64,000 nucleotides of DNA, taken from the NCBI GenBank assembly GCA_965222225.1, contig CBDCTK010000002.1:480001-544000 (forward strand). Direction: 5' to 3'. Of this stretch, positions 30,659 through 41,110 are shown in pieces. The translations under genes and the position numbers were made by a program. The notes beneath the pieces are model-generated. The model saw only the letters and a program-made list of their open reading frames with translations, made no database searches and was not told the DNA's origin. Numbering within the stretch: the stretch's first letter is position 1; the number at the start of each line of letters is the position of its first letter. Source of the DNA: Candidatus Poribacteria bacterium (GTDB lineage: Bacteria > Poribacteria > WGA-4E > JAJDTR01).

Positions 30659-31828
30659 CTACACCTTAATCTGTTGGAAATCCATTTCATCAAGGTCATT
30701 CGTCCCGATGCCTGCTCGCCATGCCGTACGGATATGATTGGATAAGCGCGTGATTGACGGTAAATCCATTTTCTCGCGCTTTTCTCCGATGGACTGCAGT
30801 AATGCCTGATCTAGTGCTACCGGGTCTCTACTCATCAGCATCCCGCCATATTTCCATTCGCCTTTCGGATTATAAACCGGACCGCCATCAAATGAGGCGA
30901 GTAGTCCATCAATGATATTCAGCGCCACTTTATCTCTGAGAATCTCATGGTCGAAAATCTCCGCAATTGCGGGGTCGCCGTGGAGCGGGCTTGGATGGAA
31001 ACGGCGAGTGTTATCGACGCTGCCGAATGCGAGGTTTTTCAAGCACCCACTCACGCCAGTCATAGCGTGATGCTTCATTACGGGAACATTGATAATAACG
31101 TTTACGTCGCGCGTAACAATCTTGGAATACCGGGATTTCATACTTCCGTTTTCACGCCGGATTACGCTGTCCTTCTTAGTCTCGTAGAAAATCTTGTCGT
31201 CGTAACCAACTTCCGGACTATCCGATGCGTAAACTCGAACACCCTGATCCGTCCGATTTATCTTGTACTCGGCGTTGATGAGGTGTGCCTCGAATCGATC
31301 CCAGATAACAATCTGGTTATTGAGAACACCGGCGCCGTACAACCCCTCAATGATTTTGTCAACGACAATCCGCCGAGTGCTAAACTGTTTTCCAGCAAGT
31401 GGATTGATTTTTATCCCGACGATATCGTCCGGAAGCACGAAGTCTTTCCACGCCTCCTTTGCAGAATCGCGCCCTGCCAGTTTCATAATTGCCCGATCCA
31501 TCATCTCGCCAACAATCTGTTCGTCAAGGGCGTCATCCTTCCAGACGTTGTCGCTTGTGGCCTCGACTACAGGCACCAGCTGCTCCTGTGTTTCGCCATC
31601 CACCGACGCTTGGTCTAGCTGCGCCACTGATTCGGAACTAACTTTGGACCATGCGCCCACAGCGACGCCGGCGCCGATTGCACCTTTCAAGAAGCGCCTG
31701 CGAGTGATGGATTCAATGGGGTCAGAGGGGGAGGTAAGTTCTCTCGAAACCTGCGCGCAATCAGCTAGAATCTGTGTCACAATCGGATCTGATGCTAACT
31801 GATTGAGTGGCTCCTCGGTTTTGGCCAT
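30659..31828 (-). CDS. DUF362-domain protein with Tat signal
   Basis: TRRRFLKG Tat motif; VGIKIN, IINVPVMKHH...GVSGCLKNL, DPVALD. Confidence 0.85.
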   Translation of the reverse strand: MAKTEEPLNQLASDPIVTQILADCAQVSRELTSPSDPIESITRRRFLKGAIGAGVAVGAWSKVSSESVAQLDQASVDGETQEQLVPVVEATSDNVWKDDALDEQIVGEMMDRAIMKLAGRDSAKEAWKDFVLPDDIVGIKINPLAGKQFSTRRIVVDKIIEGLYGAGVLNNQIVIWDRFEAHLINAEYKINRTDQGVRVYASDSPEVGYDDKIFYETKKDSVIRRENGSMKSRYSKIVTRDVNVIINVPVMKHHAMTGVSGCLKNLAFGSVDNTRRFHPSPLHGDPAIAEIFDHEILRDKVALNIIDGLLASFDGGPVYNPKGEWKYGGMLMSRDPVALDQALLQSIGEKREKMDLPSITRLSNHIRTAWRAGIGTNDLDEMDFQQIKV

Positions 31829-31843
31829 AAACGCAACCCCTTT

Positions 31844-32725
31844 TTACAGATTCTTCAACGCCTCAACGACCTTGTTTGCTTGTAGACGATCAATCTTGCG
31901 ATTATCAAGGAACTTCCATCGAATAACCCCGGTTTCATCAATAATATAATATTGTGGCCGTGCGATTCGTGGAGTGAACGGGTCCGCCGCATTATAAGTG
32001 TCAATGGCTTGTCTGTTGGGATCCGAGAGTGTGACAAAACCCAGTCTATTTTTATTTGCCGTATTCTTTACTACCCCGGGCTCGTCCGTAGTAATGACGA
32101 CAAGTTCTGCGTTTTCTGCCTTAATTGCCTGATAGCTCTTTTGCAACTCAACGAATTGCTGAATGCAGAACGGTCACCACGCCCCTCGATCCAATAGCAA
32201 TACGACACGTTGTTCTCCGGCGTAATCGGCGAGAGAGTGGCGTTTTCCGTTGCCGTCTGCAAGATTAAAATCGGGCGCCGTAGAACCGACACTCAATCCG
32301 TCGCCCGGAGGCAGTTCATCCATTTTGAGTATCGGCACAAGGTTGACTGTAATCGTCTCGGTTTCGCCAGCAGGAATAGGATTGACCACTGCTTCGTGCT
32401 TTTCATATTCGTCCAATTCCACCACTACGGTGAACTTTTCACCGGCTAGTAGGTTCTCAAATTCAAACACTCCCGCTCGTGTAGTCAAAACTTCCCGAAT
32501 TTCACCTTGGCTATCGACAAGTTGAACGCGGGTGTTCTTCAAGGTTTGCTTCGTTCCTTGGTCCACCAACAGTCCTCGAATACCGGCAGTTGCAACTGTA
32601 GATGGCTCTTCGCCCGTCATATCCACTGTGCCTGGGGTCTCGCTCTCGCCGCATCCTAACACTGCAATGAGTATTGAGCTTAATAGAGTCAGTAAAAGTG
32701 TTGAATGGATTCGCTGATTCGTCAT
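31844..32725 (-). CDS. selenoprotein: lipoprotein with carboxypeptidase-regulatory-like domain fused to AhpC/TSA (Prx-like) domain with UxxC; Sec codon TGA at 32174-32176
   Basis: ORFs 32174..32725 and 31844..32146 are in frame; readthrough gives VGSTAPDFNL...LLDRGAW-U-PFCIQQFVELQ...TLSDP...ARPQYYIIDETGVIRW. SECIS-like hairpin follows. Confidence 0.88.
32142..32168 (-). promoter_or_regulatory. bacterial SECIS-like stem-loop
   Basis: After UGA: ccguucugcauucaGCAAUUC-GUU-GAGUUGC, a 7-bp stem with a G-containing apical loop about 21 nt past UGA. Confidence 0.55.
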
Positions 32726-33240
32726 AACAGTTTTTTCAGTTCCTTTTCGTAAGTTTCCCTATCACCTTGGGCACCGTGAAACGGTTTGGCGATTCTCCCC
32801 TCTCGGTTAATCAAAAATGCGGAGGGCATCACGGGGACATCGTACAAATCAAGTAGCTCGGCTTCACCGAGAAGGATGGTGTAGTTTACACCCAATTCCT
32901 CAATGAATGGTTCCACAACCTTTAATCGTTCATCATCCATTGAGATACCGACCACTTCAAATCCTTGTGCCCGATAATCGTCGTACAGTTCGATGAAGAT
33001 TGGGATTTCCTCCTCGCACGGTTTACACCATGTCGCCCAGAAATCCAATAGAACCACCTTGCCGCTATAATCGGCGAGCATTGTCTCCTCTAGCTGGGTG
33101 TTCAAGAGTGTAAAATTGGGAGCAATCGGAAGCGACGTGTCGATTTCTTTGTCGGGTACCATCGGTTCGCCAGCCTCGTCAGAGCAGCTTTGCATTGCTA
33201 AACAACAGATTATCAGGGTTGAGACAATTAGTAATCGCAT
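32722..33240 (-). CDS. TlpA/ResA-like thiol-disulfide oxidoreductase lipoprotein
   Basis: APNFTL, GKVVLLDFWATWCKPC, MPSAFLINREG; lipobox MQSC. Confidence 0.92.
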   Translation of the reverse strand: MRLLIVSTLIICCLAMQSCSDEAGEPMVPDKEIDTSLPIAPNFTLLNTQLEETMLADYSGKVVLLDFWATWCKPCEEEIPIFIELYDDYRAQGFEVVGISMDDERLKVVEPFIEELGVNYTILLGEAELLDLYDVPVMPSAFLINREGRIAKPFHGAQGDRETYEKELKKLL

Positions 33241-33525
33241 TTTAGTATGACCTCTTCCATTTCATAAGTTTGCAGTCGCGGAATTTATTGCAAATTCGGC
33301 AAGGATTTCTATCAAGGAACACTTTTTCAAAGCTAGTCATAGAGCGAAAAATGAGTGTTACTTGCTGAAAGAATTATTCCGACAGGAATAATGGCGTGCT
33401 ATAAAGGATTCTATTCTGCAGCAAAACCTACGACCTGTAATAGATAACCCAAGTTGCTACTTACAAGATTTTAGACATGCACCACCGTTTTTAATTGAGA
33501 ACAGTTCATTAATTGCGGAGATTTC

Positions 33526-33580
33526 GTAACGCAAACTGTCAGTTTGCGCATCACAAGCACAATCTAACAGATTGTGCTAC
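33526..33580. repeat. inverted pair of REP-like palindromes
   Basis: GTAA-CGCAAACTGTCAGTTTGCG and, on the minus strand, GTAG-CACAATCTGTTAGATTGTG. Confidence 0.7.
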
Positions 33581-33597
33581 AAAGGTGGCAACTTAGG

Positions 33598-34881
<1,284 letters not shown>

Positions 34882-34942
34882 CTATAAGACCTAGCTTGTT
34901 TCACTGAGCTTAGAAAGCGTGTCCGCGATGAAGCCAGAGGGG

Positions 34943-36082
34943 CTAATTGTTATTGGTTTTCTTGCAGAATCGTTCGACGAATTGGCTGAATACGGACACG
35001 GCTTTGGGGAACTGGTCGAGCTCCATCCATTCATCTACTGTGTGCGCTTGAAGGATGCTCCCGGGACCGATAACGACCAATTCCATGAGTTGTCCAAACA
35101 CGGCTCCATCGGTGCCGTACGCGACCGTACGAGCGTTGTCCTCTCCCGTAATCTCAAGCGCGGCGCGTACAACTTCGGATTCACGGGGAGTAACCATTGG
35201 CTCGGCGGCGGCGCGGAGCACAAACTCCAATCCGTGTTTTTCAGCGGATTCCCGCACGCGATCTATCCATTCCTGCGGGTTTTGTCCGGGCATCGGACGA
35301 TAATTGATGCTGCATATACTAAATGGTGGCGTGACGTTTGGAGCGCAATCGCCGTTGTCGATCGTGATGTTCCAGTCTGCGAAGGGGGGATCGAATTCAT
35401 TGTTGAAATATTTTGAGTCCGTCGTCAAGGTGTAGTAAATGTCTCGCATCTCCACCAGAAAAGGTATCAATTTGAGGTTAGCGTTGTCGCCTTCGCCAGT
35501 GCTGCTATGCGCAGCCCGTCCATGTGCGGTGACTACCATCTGAACGATTCCCTTGTGCGCGTGGATAACCCCTAGTAACGTCGGTTCACCCACAACGCCG
35601 TAGCGCGGAAAAGGTCCCTTAAACAGTTCCGACTTGTCCGCAACGGCTTGTGCGCCGTGGAAGCCGACCTCTTCGTCGGCGGTAACAATTACGTAGAGCG
35701 GATAGTCCAAGTCGGAGTTAGCATATCTGGAGGCGGTTTCGAGCATACAGGCGACACTGCCCTTCATGTCGCAACTTCCGCGTCCATACATCTTGGTTCC
35801 CTCGATCCGAGCCTCGAACGCATTCGATTCCCAACCGATTGCGGGCACCGTGTCAATATGTCCGAGCAGCGCGATGCCGCGATCTCTCGGGTCGTGATTT
35901 CCGCCTTTTTTGCCGATCAGATTTACTTTCTGTACGCCGTTCGGATCAACATATTCAATCCACTCAACGTGGCAATCAATCTCCAACATTCGTTTCCTAA
36001 GATACTTCATTACTTCAATATTACTGTTATAACTCACAGTATTGTGGGCGATTAACTCTACCGTAAGCTCTTTGGCATCCAT
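34943..36082 (-). CDS. argE: M20 metallopeptidase, acetylornithine deacetylase/DapE-like
   Basis: GHIDTVP, YGRGSCDMKG, DEEVG, GEPT, GPGSILQAHTVDE. Confidence 0.8.
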   Translation of the reverse strand: MDAKELTVELIAHNTVSYNSNIEVMKYLRKRMLEIDCHVEWIEYVDPNGVQKVNLIGKKGGNHDPRDRGIALLGHIDTVPAIGWESNAFEARIEGTKMYGRGSCDMKGSVACMLETASRYANSDLDYPLYVIVTADEEVGFHGAQAVADKSELFKGPFPRYGVVGEPTLLGVIHAHKGIVQMVVTAHGRAAHSSTGEGDNANLKLIPFLVEMRDIYYTLTTDSKYFNNEFDPPFADWNITIDNGDCAPNVTPPFSICSINYRPMPGQNPQEWIDRVRESAEKHGLEFVLRAAAEPMVTPRESEVVRAALEITGEDNARTVAYGTDGAVFGQLMELVVIGPGSILQAHTVDEWMELDQFPKAVSVFSQFVERFCKKTNNN

Positions 36083-36359
36083 ATTCGCTCCTTCGTCGAA
36101 CCGCAATCCCTCAATCAAGTGATGCTAAATTATCAGAAATGGAGATCTGTTATTTTCTCGAAAGCATACAGAAGTAAGAGAATGTTGTCAAGAATTTTCA
36201 TGGGACACTGCATTCGGCCGCCCCAAACCGCAGCGGGAATGTGCTGCATCCACAGATTGCCTCCTGCCGGAACTGCTAACAATATGCGTTGAAAACTTAA
36301 TGTATATAAGGTATAATTTGTCACTGTCGAAATCAATAGAGATGCGTGGAGAAGTCTTC

Positions 36360-36380
36360 GTAGGGTGGGCACCGCCCACC
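36360..36380 (+). repeat. GTAG-type REP
   Basis: GTAG-GGTGGGC-ACC-GCCCACC. Confidence 0.7.
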
Positions 36381-37445
36381 GTTTTCTAGGGTCAATTAAA
36401 GATTATCAAACCAACGACACTAAGAAGCTGGATACCGCTCACTTCCAATCCTCAATCCGAAAAATCAATTTTCTGTGACAATTTGTGAGGATTTGTGACA
36501 ATCGGTGACTCAGACAACTGCAGAACACCCAATGCGATACATGTTTTGAAAACCGCTATGTGCTACCTCCACTAACTGTTCCCCTCCCCCTGACAAGGGG
36601 ATCAAGGGAGCGGATAGTGACTGCGATAGAGATGCCCTGCGGGAGTGAAAAGCGGTCTTAGAAACCCCCATAACAATTTGAAAAGCGCTATCTCTGACAG
36701 CGTGAAGCAAACTTTGAACCCTCGATATTACCATCGTATCACGACAATCCGTCATCGCATCCAAACTTTTTTCTGTTAGCATTCTGTTGGCTTCCGAATG
36801 CCCGCAAACCCCCGCCAGCAAAGGAGACCTCCATTTCGGAAAATGCCAACGCGCTCCTCATATCGACGCTCCGTTGGCATCACTTTTCACGGTTTCCGTT
36901 CGCTCAGTCGCACAATAATCACCCTCAGTCGTTGAATAGTCGCACGGGACGATTGCGAATCCTCCATAGAGATTCGAATAAACAATACGATAAAATTCCC
37001 GAACTGCCGGCTCGATAGAGGTCCTGGCAAGCGAGAAATCCGCAGCCCAAGTGCGGCAGGGCGCCTATATGGGTCAAATGTGTGAGCGAACTTTATCGAA
37101 CTTTTACGAACTGTGCTGAACGACACAGGAACCCGCGTGATTACTAACTTCAATGCCGATTCACGCCGTCAAATCAAGAGTTCGTCGTGCACACATGACA
37201 TCCCAATGAAAACTTGCCAATAATTTTGTGGAAAGCGGAATGCCATTGTGCTAACATGTGAACTGGTCGTGAATATCCCGGCACACGAAGCCCAAAACCC
37301 CGGTCGGTGGTCCAGCTTTGAGGCAATTAACACTCAGGGACTCAAGCCAACTGAAGAAGTATGATGTTCCTGATTGTCCGTTTAGTTTGTGAGTGTTCCT
37401 GCTTCAAGCATGTCGTCAATTTGCGTTTGGTAAGAAGGAGTAGAA

Positions 37446-37535
37446 ATGACGAGAACTGCTGTGGAACTTTTAGGCGCTGGCTTTGCCGCCGTTATTGTTG
37501 CATCTATTGCTGGTGCAAATCTAAAGCTGAATTGA
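37446..37535 (+). CDS. putative 29-aa hydrophobic peptide (MTRTAVELLGAGFAAVIVASIAGANLKLN)
   Basis: SD AAGGAG 5 nt before ATG; one TM-length segment; ends 29 nt before the vWA gene. Confidence 0.5.
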   Translation: MTRTAVELLGAGFAAVIVASIAGANLKLN

Positions 37536-37564
37536 ATTGAATTTACAAACTTGGGAGGCTAGGA

Positions 37565-38383
37565 ATGGCATATAATAACCTACCTATTGGAACAGCTAAC
37601 CCCACCTGCTTTGTCATCTTGGTCGACCAGTCTTGGTCGATGAGCCAAGACTGGGGGGACGAAGTAACGAAGGCCGAAAAAGCGACGCGCGCCGTCAATC
37701 GGGTGCTGGAAGAGCTCGTTTTGGCTTGTCGGGCGGGAGTAAATGTAAGAGACCGGTGTCACGCCTCTGTCATTGGTTACGGCGAGCGAGTTGAGTGCCT
37801 AGTTGATGGCATGATATCAGAGGTGACTAGTTCTCTGATCGAGGTGAGGAAGACCAAAAAGCTCATCGCTGACGGAGCAGGTGGCGTCATTGAGGTGGAG
37901 GTTGAAATGCCGATTTGGCTGGAGCCTCGGGCGGACAACGGCACTCCCATGGCTGAGGCATTTGAACACGCTGCAGAGGTTGTCCACCAGTGGCGTTCCA
38001 AATGGCCGAACGGATTCCCTCCGAGTGTAATCAACATTACCGACGGGGCCGCCAACGATCTGGCACAAGCGGCAGCAGCTGCTAGGAAGGTAATGGATGT
38101 CGGTACCGCGGATGGCAAGGCTTTGGTTTACAATCTTCACATCACTAACAAAGATAAAGCCGAGGTTATTTTGCCACACAACACGTCCGACTTTACTGGT
38201 GACAGTCTTGCCGAGTTTCTCTTCGACATCTCTAGCGAAATGCCAGATTCCCTGCGTGAAGCGGCGGTAGCATTGGGCATTCCGGCAGAACCGAGGGCGC
38301 GATGTTTTGCGTACAACGTCGACGAAGCTTGGATGATCAGACTCCTGAATTTTGGATCCTTGCACGTATTGGCTACGGGGTAA
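37565..38383 (+). CDS. vWA-domain protein (TerY-like)
   Basis: MIDAS DQSWS, GTPM, INITDG; GGAGG SD; first gene of a vWA-PP2C-kinase triad. Confidence 0.88.
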   Translation: MAYNNLPIGTANPTCFVILVDQSWSMSQDWGDEVTKAEKATRAVNRVLEELVLACRAGVNVRDRCHASVIGYGERVECLVDGMISEVTSSLIEVRKTKKLIADGAGGVIEVEVEMPIWLEPRADNGTPMAEAFEHAAEVVHQWRSKWPNGFPPSVINITDGAANDLAQAAAAARKVMDVGTADGKALVYNLHITNKDKAEVILPHNTSDFTGDSLAEFLFDISSEMPDSLREAAVALGIPAEPRARCFAYNVDEAWMIRLLNFGSLHVLATG

Positions 38384-38411
38384 GATTGAGTCCCACCTTA
38401 CGATTAAAGAG

Positions 38412-39290
38412 ATGATAAAACTAACCGCTAAATCGTTTTTGACCCACAAAGAGGCAGAAACCGTAGTTGACTGCCAAGACGCAAAGTGCCAGAATGAGAG
38501 GATTGGGCGTTTTGCCGTGGCTGATGGTGCCACGAGATCTTTTTTCCCAAAAGAGTGGGCAGAGCTTCTTGTAGAACACTTCTGCGAAGCATCCGATCCG
38601 TTTCCGAATGCGTGCAACTGGAAGGCATGGTTGAGGCCCATTCAAGTTAAATGGCACGAAAAGGTTGTGCAGAGGGTTAGGTCGGTACCGCACTTTTTTC
38701 TCGTGAACTCGTTGAACTCAAAAGAACCGGCTGCCTCGACATTCATCGGACTTGAGTTCGACAAAGTTCAAGCCAGATGGCAGGCGATGATTGTAGGTGA
38801 TAGCTGTCTCTTTCACATAGGTTCTTGCGGATTTAAAAGTTATATGATAGAGCAATCGGTGGATTTCACGAGTCGCCCTGAGGTTTTTGCTAGTTACGAG
38901 ATGGCCAATCATTGTGAACCTGATTTCGTGAGTGATGATGCAGAACCAGGTGACACTTTTATTTTGGCGACTGATGCCTTGGCGAAGTGGATTCTGGAGC
39001 ATGAGGAACTGGATAGATGCGAAAAAGCAATCGGGCAATTCAAACAGCTACAAACTGTTAACCAGTTTCAGGAATTCGTTGATTGTGCGCGAACTAACGA
39101 GGACATCCCTTTAGTTAATGATGATGTTACTCTTATGATTATTTCGGTTGAATTGGCTGAACATGTGGAAACTGAAGAAGACCAACCGGTGGATCGACCT
39201 ACCTCGGGATTGGCTTTGCTCGCCGGGCTGCTTGGGTTTGTTGTTGGGGGAGTAATCAGTTTGCTGATTTACCGGCTTACAAAAGACTAG
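38412..39290 (+). CDS. PP2C-like Ser/Thr phosphatase with C-terminal TM helix
   Basis: AVADGA, STFIGL, VGDSCLF, LATDAL, NDDVT; terminal LALLAGLLGFVVGGVISLLIY. Confidence 0.85.
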   Translation: MIKLTAKSFLTHKEAETVVDCQDAKCQNERIGRFAVADGATRSFFPKEWAELLVEHFCEASDPFPNACNWKAWLRPIQVKWHEKVVQRVRSVPHFFLVNSLNSKEPAASTFIGLEFDKVQARWQAMIVGDSCLFHIGSCGFKSYMIEQSVDFTSRPEVFASYEMANHCEPDFVSDDAEPGDTFILATDALAKWILEHEELDRCEKAIGQFKQLQTVNQFQEFVDCARTNEDIPLVNDDVTLMIISVELAEHVETEEDQPVDRPTSGLALLAGLLGFVVGGVISLLIYRLTKD

Positions 39291-39316
39291 ACGCATACCT
39301 ACAGTGAGAGTCAATT

Positions 39317-41110
39317 ATGGCGTATCCCAGTCGCGGTGATTATGCAGCGGCCGTGGGCGGTTTTCCCCACGTCAGCATATTAGATGCCACACTCCGGTCC
39401 GGAACCCCCGCGCGCGACCCTAATAATCTCTTGTTAGTTTATTCCGGTGGATTTTCAAGTGTGTTCCCACTTGTGGTTGGATCCAACACCTTTGCTTTGC
39501 GATGTTGGGTGCAAGACATTGGGGATGCCGAGACTCGGTATCAAGCAATATCAAACTATCTACAAAAGAGGAGTTTACCGTACTTTGTTGAGTTTGCATA
39601 CGTTCCCGAAGGCATTCTGGTAAATGGAACGAAATGGCCCATCACGCGAATGGAATGGGCAGAGGGGGAAACACTTTGTCAATTTATTGAGAATAATTTA
39701 CACGATGCAGGACTTCTGCGAACTACCGCCGCAGAATTCTTGGAGATGGCTGAAGCTCTCCACGCTAACCAGATATCACACGGAGATTTCCAAGATGGAA
39801 ACATCCTGCTCAAGCGAAACGGTACTGATGTCGAAATCAAACTGATAGACTACGACAGTTTGTTTGTTCCAGCCCTGCGAGGATACCCGGACTACATTGT
39901 CGGGCTTCCCCAATATCAACACCCTTCTAGGATAGCTGGCGGAGGGATCGCGAACGAGAAAGTGGATTACTTCTCTGAACTAGTTATCTATCTCTCTTTA
40001 CTAAGCCTTGCAGAAAAACCCGGTCTTTGGAGCCAGTTTGGCCAACGAACCGAAAGAGCGTTACTCTTTGTAGAAGCAGATTTCAAGAATGCAACCCAGT
40101 CCGATGTTCTCCAAGAGCTTGAAAACCTTTCGTCGGATGTGAAGCTATTGGCTTCAAAATTGAAGGATTTCTGTGCCAAGACGTCAATTGACCAACTTGA
40201 GCCACTTGAAGTACTGTTGCCACGGACCGACCCAGCTGCGAAGAAGGCTTGCAATCAAGGTCTCATTTTCCTTCATAGTCAGAGATACAATGAAGCAATT
40301 GCAGAGTTTGATAAGGCGATACGAATTGAATCAAACTTCAGGGAGGCACACCACGGATTAGGCCTCACTTACCTGCAGATTGGCAATCTTGACTTGGCAA
40401 AAAGGAAGGCAGAAGACACTCTAAAGATTGATGCCAATTATCGGCCTGCTCTCCAACTGTTGGACACCGTCAAACAAATACTGCGAAACTTCCCGCCAAA
40501 GTCACCTTCTTCTCAGCAGTCGGGCTCTGGGCCAACTTCGCGTCCTTCCTCCTTAAAAAATCCTACGAATCGGGATTTTTTCGGCGCCGTCATTACGTTT
40601 TTTCAACGTCGTCAGCACTATTTCAATCGTCGTACGTCGATTTCTGCAGGTGCTTTATGTCTGTTTGCTATTATTCTACTCATATGGAGCCGGTGGCCAC
40701 CAGATCCGGATGGTACATCAGTTGAAATCATTGACCCCAAAGTCACGCAGCAACACGCAAACCAAGATGACGGTGGCGTTCCTCCTCAAACGACACGGAA
40801 CGGCGGAAAACCTGTAGGTACCATTGCCACACGACGCCCTACTGCCGTGGTATCCGTCAACGCCGTTCCTTGGGCAGAGGTCTCTATAAAGTTGCCTAAA
40901 GGCGCGAGCTACATAAAACCGCAGAGAATACATTTCACTATACCTCCCGATTCCAGCGAGGAAAAACCCAACGTTACGCCCATTCGGGGTGGCCTCAGAG
41001 TTCCGATTGGCACGGACGTTAAATTGGAGTATGGCGACAGAGAGAAGATTTTTAGTTACGAAGCATGGAAGACCAGCAAGCTAATTTCGCACGACTTCTT
41101 GAGTCCATGA
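39317..41110 (+). CDS. Ser/Thr kinase (TerY-P type) + TPR + TM + extracytoplasmic PEGA-like domain
   Basis: SGGFSSVF, ALRCW, MEWAEG, HGDFQDGNI, LIDYD, YQHP; TPRs (YNEAIAEFDKAIRI..EAHHGLG); TM ALCLFAIILLIW; VSVNAVPWAEV. Confidence 0.87.
   Translation: MAYPSRGDYAAAVGGFPHVSILDATLRSGTPARDPNNLLLVYSGGFSSVFPLVVGSNTFALRCWVQDIGDAETRYQAISNYLQKRSLPYFVEFAYVPEGILVNGTKWPITRMEWAEGETLCQFIENNLHDAGLLRTTAAEFLEMAEALHANQISHGDFQDGNILLKRNGTDVEIKLIDYDSLFVPALRGYPDYIVGLPQYQHPSRIAGGGIANEKVDYFSELVIYLSLLSLAEKPGLWSQFGQRTERALLFVEADFKNATQSDVLQELENLSSDVKLLASKLKDFCAKTSIDQLEPLEVLLPRTDPAAKKACNQGLIFLHSQRYNEAIAEFDKAIRIESNFREAHHGLGLTYLQIGNLDLAKRKAEDTLKIDANYRPALQLLDTVKQILRNFPPKSPSSQQSGSGPTSRPSSLKNPTNRDFFGAVITFFQRRQHYFNRRTSISAGALCLFAIILLIWSRWPPDPDGTSVEIIDPKVTQQHANQDDGGVPPQTTRNGGKPVGTIATRRPTAVVSVNAVPWAEVSIKLPKGASYIKPQRIHFTIPPDSSEEKPNVTPIRGGLRVPIGTDVKLEYGDREKIFSYEAWKTSKLISHDFLSP

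Noticed and set aside
36100-37440. Short ORFs in the long gap before the vWA operon; possible integrase/IS remnant or att site
   Set aside because: No recognisable motifs, terminal repeats or flanking direct repeat could be identified by eye.
37817-38641. 274-aa minus-strand ORF and similar long antisense ORFs (26477-27169, 30947-31618, 10475-11095)
   Set aside because: They lie opposite well-supported genes and show no motifs.
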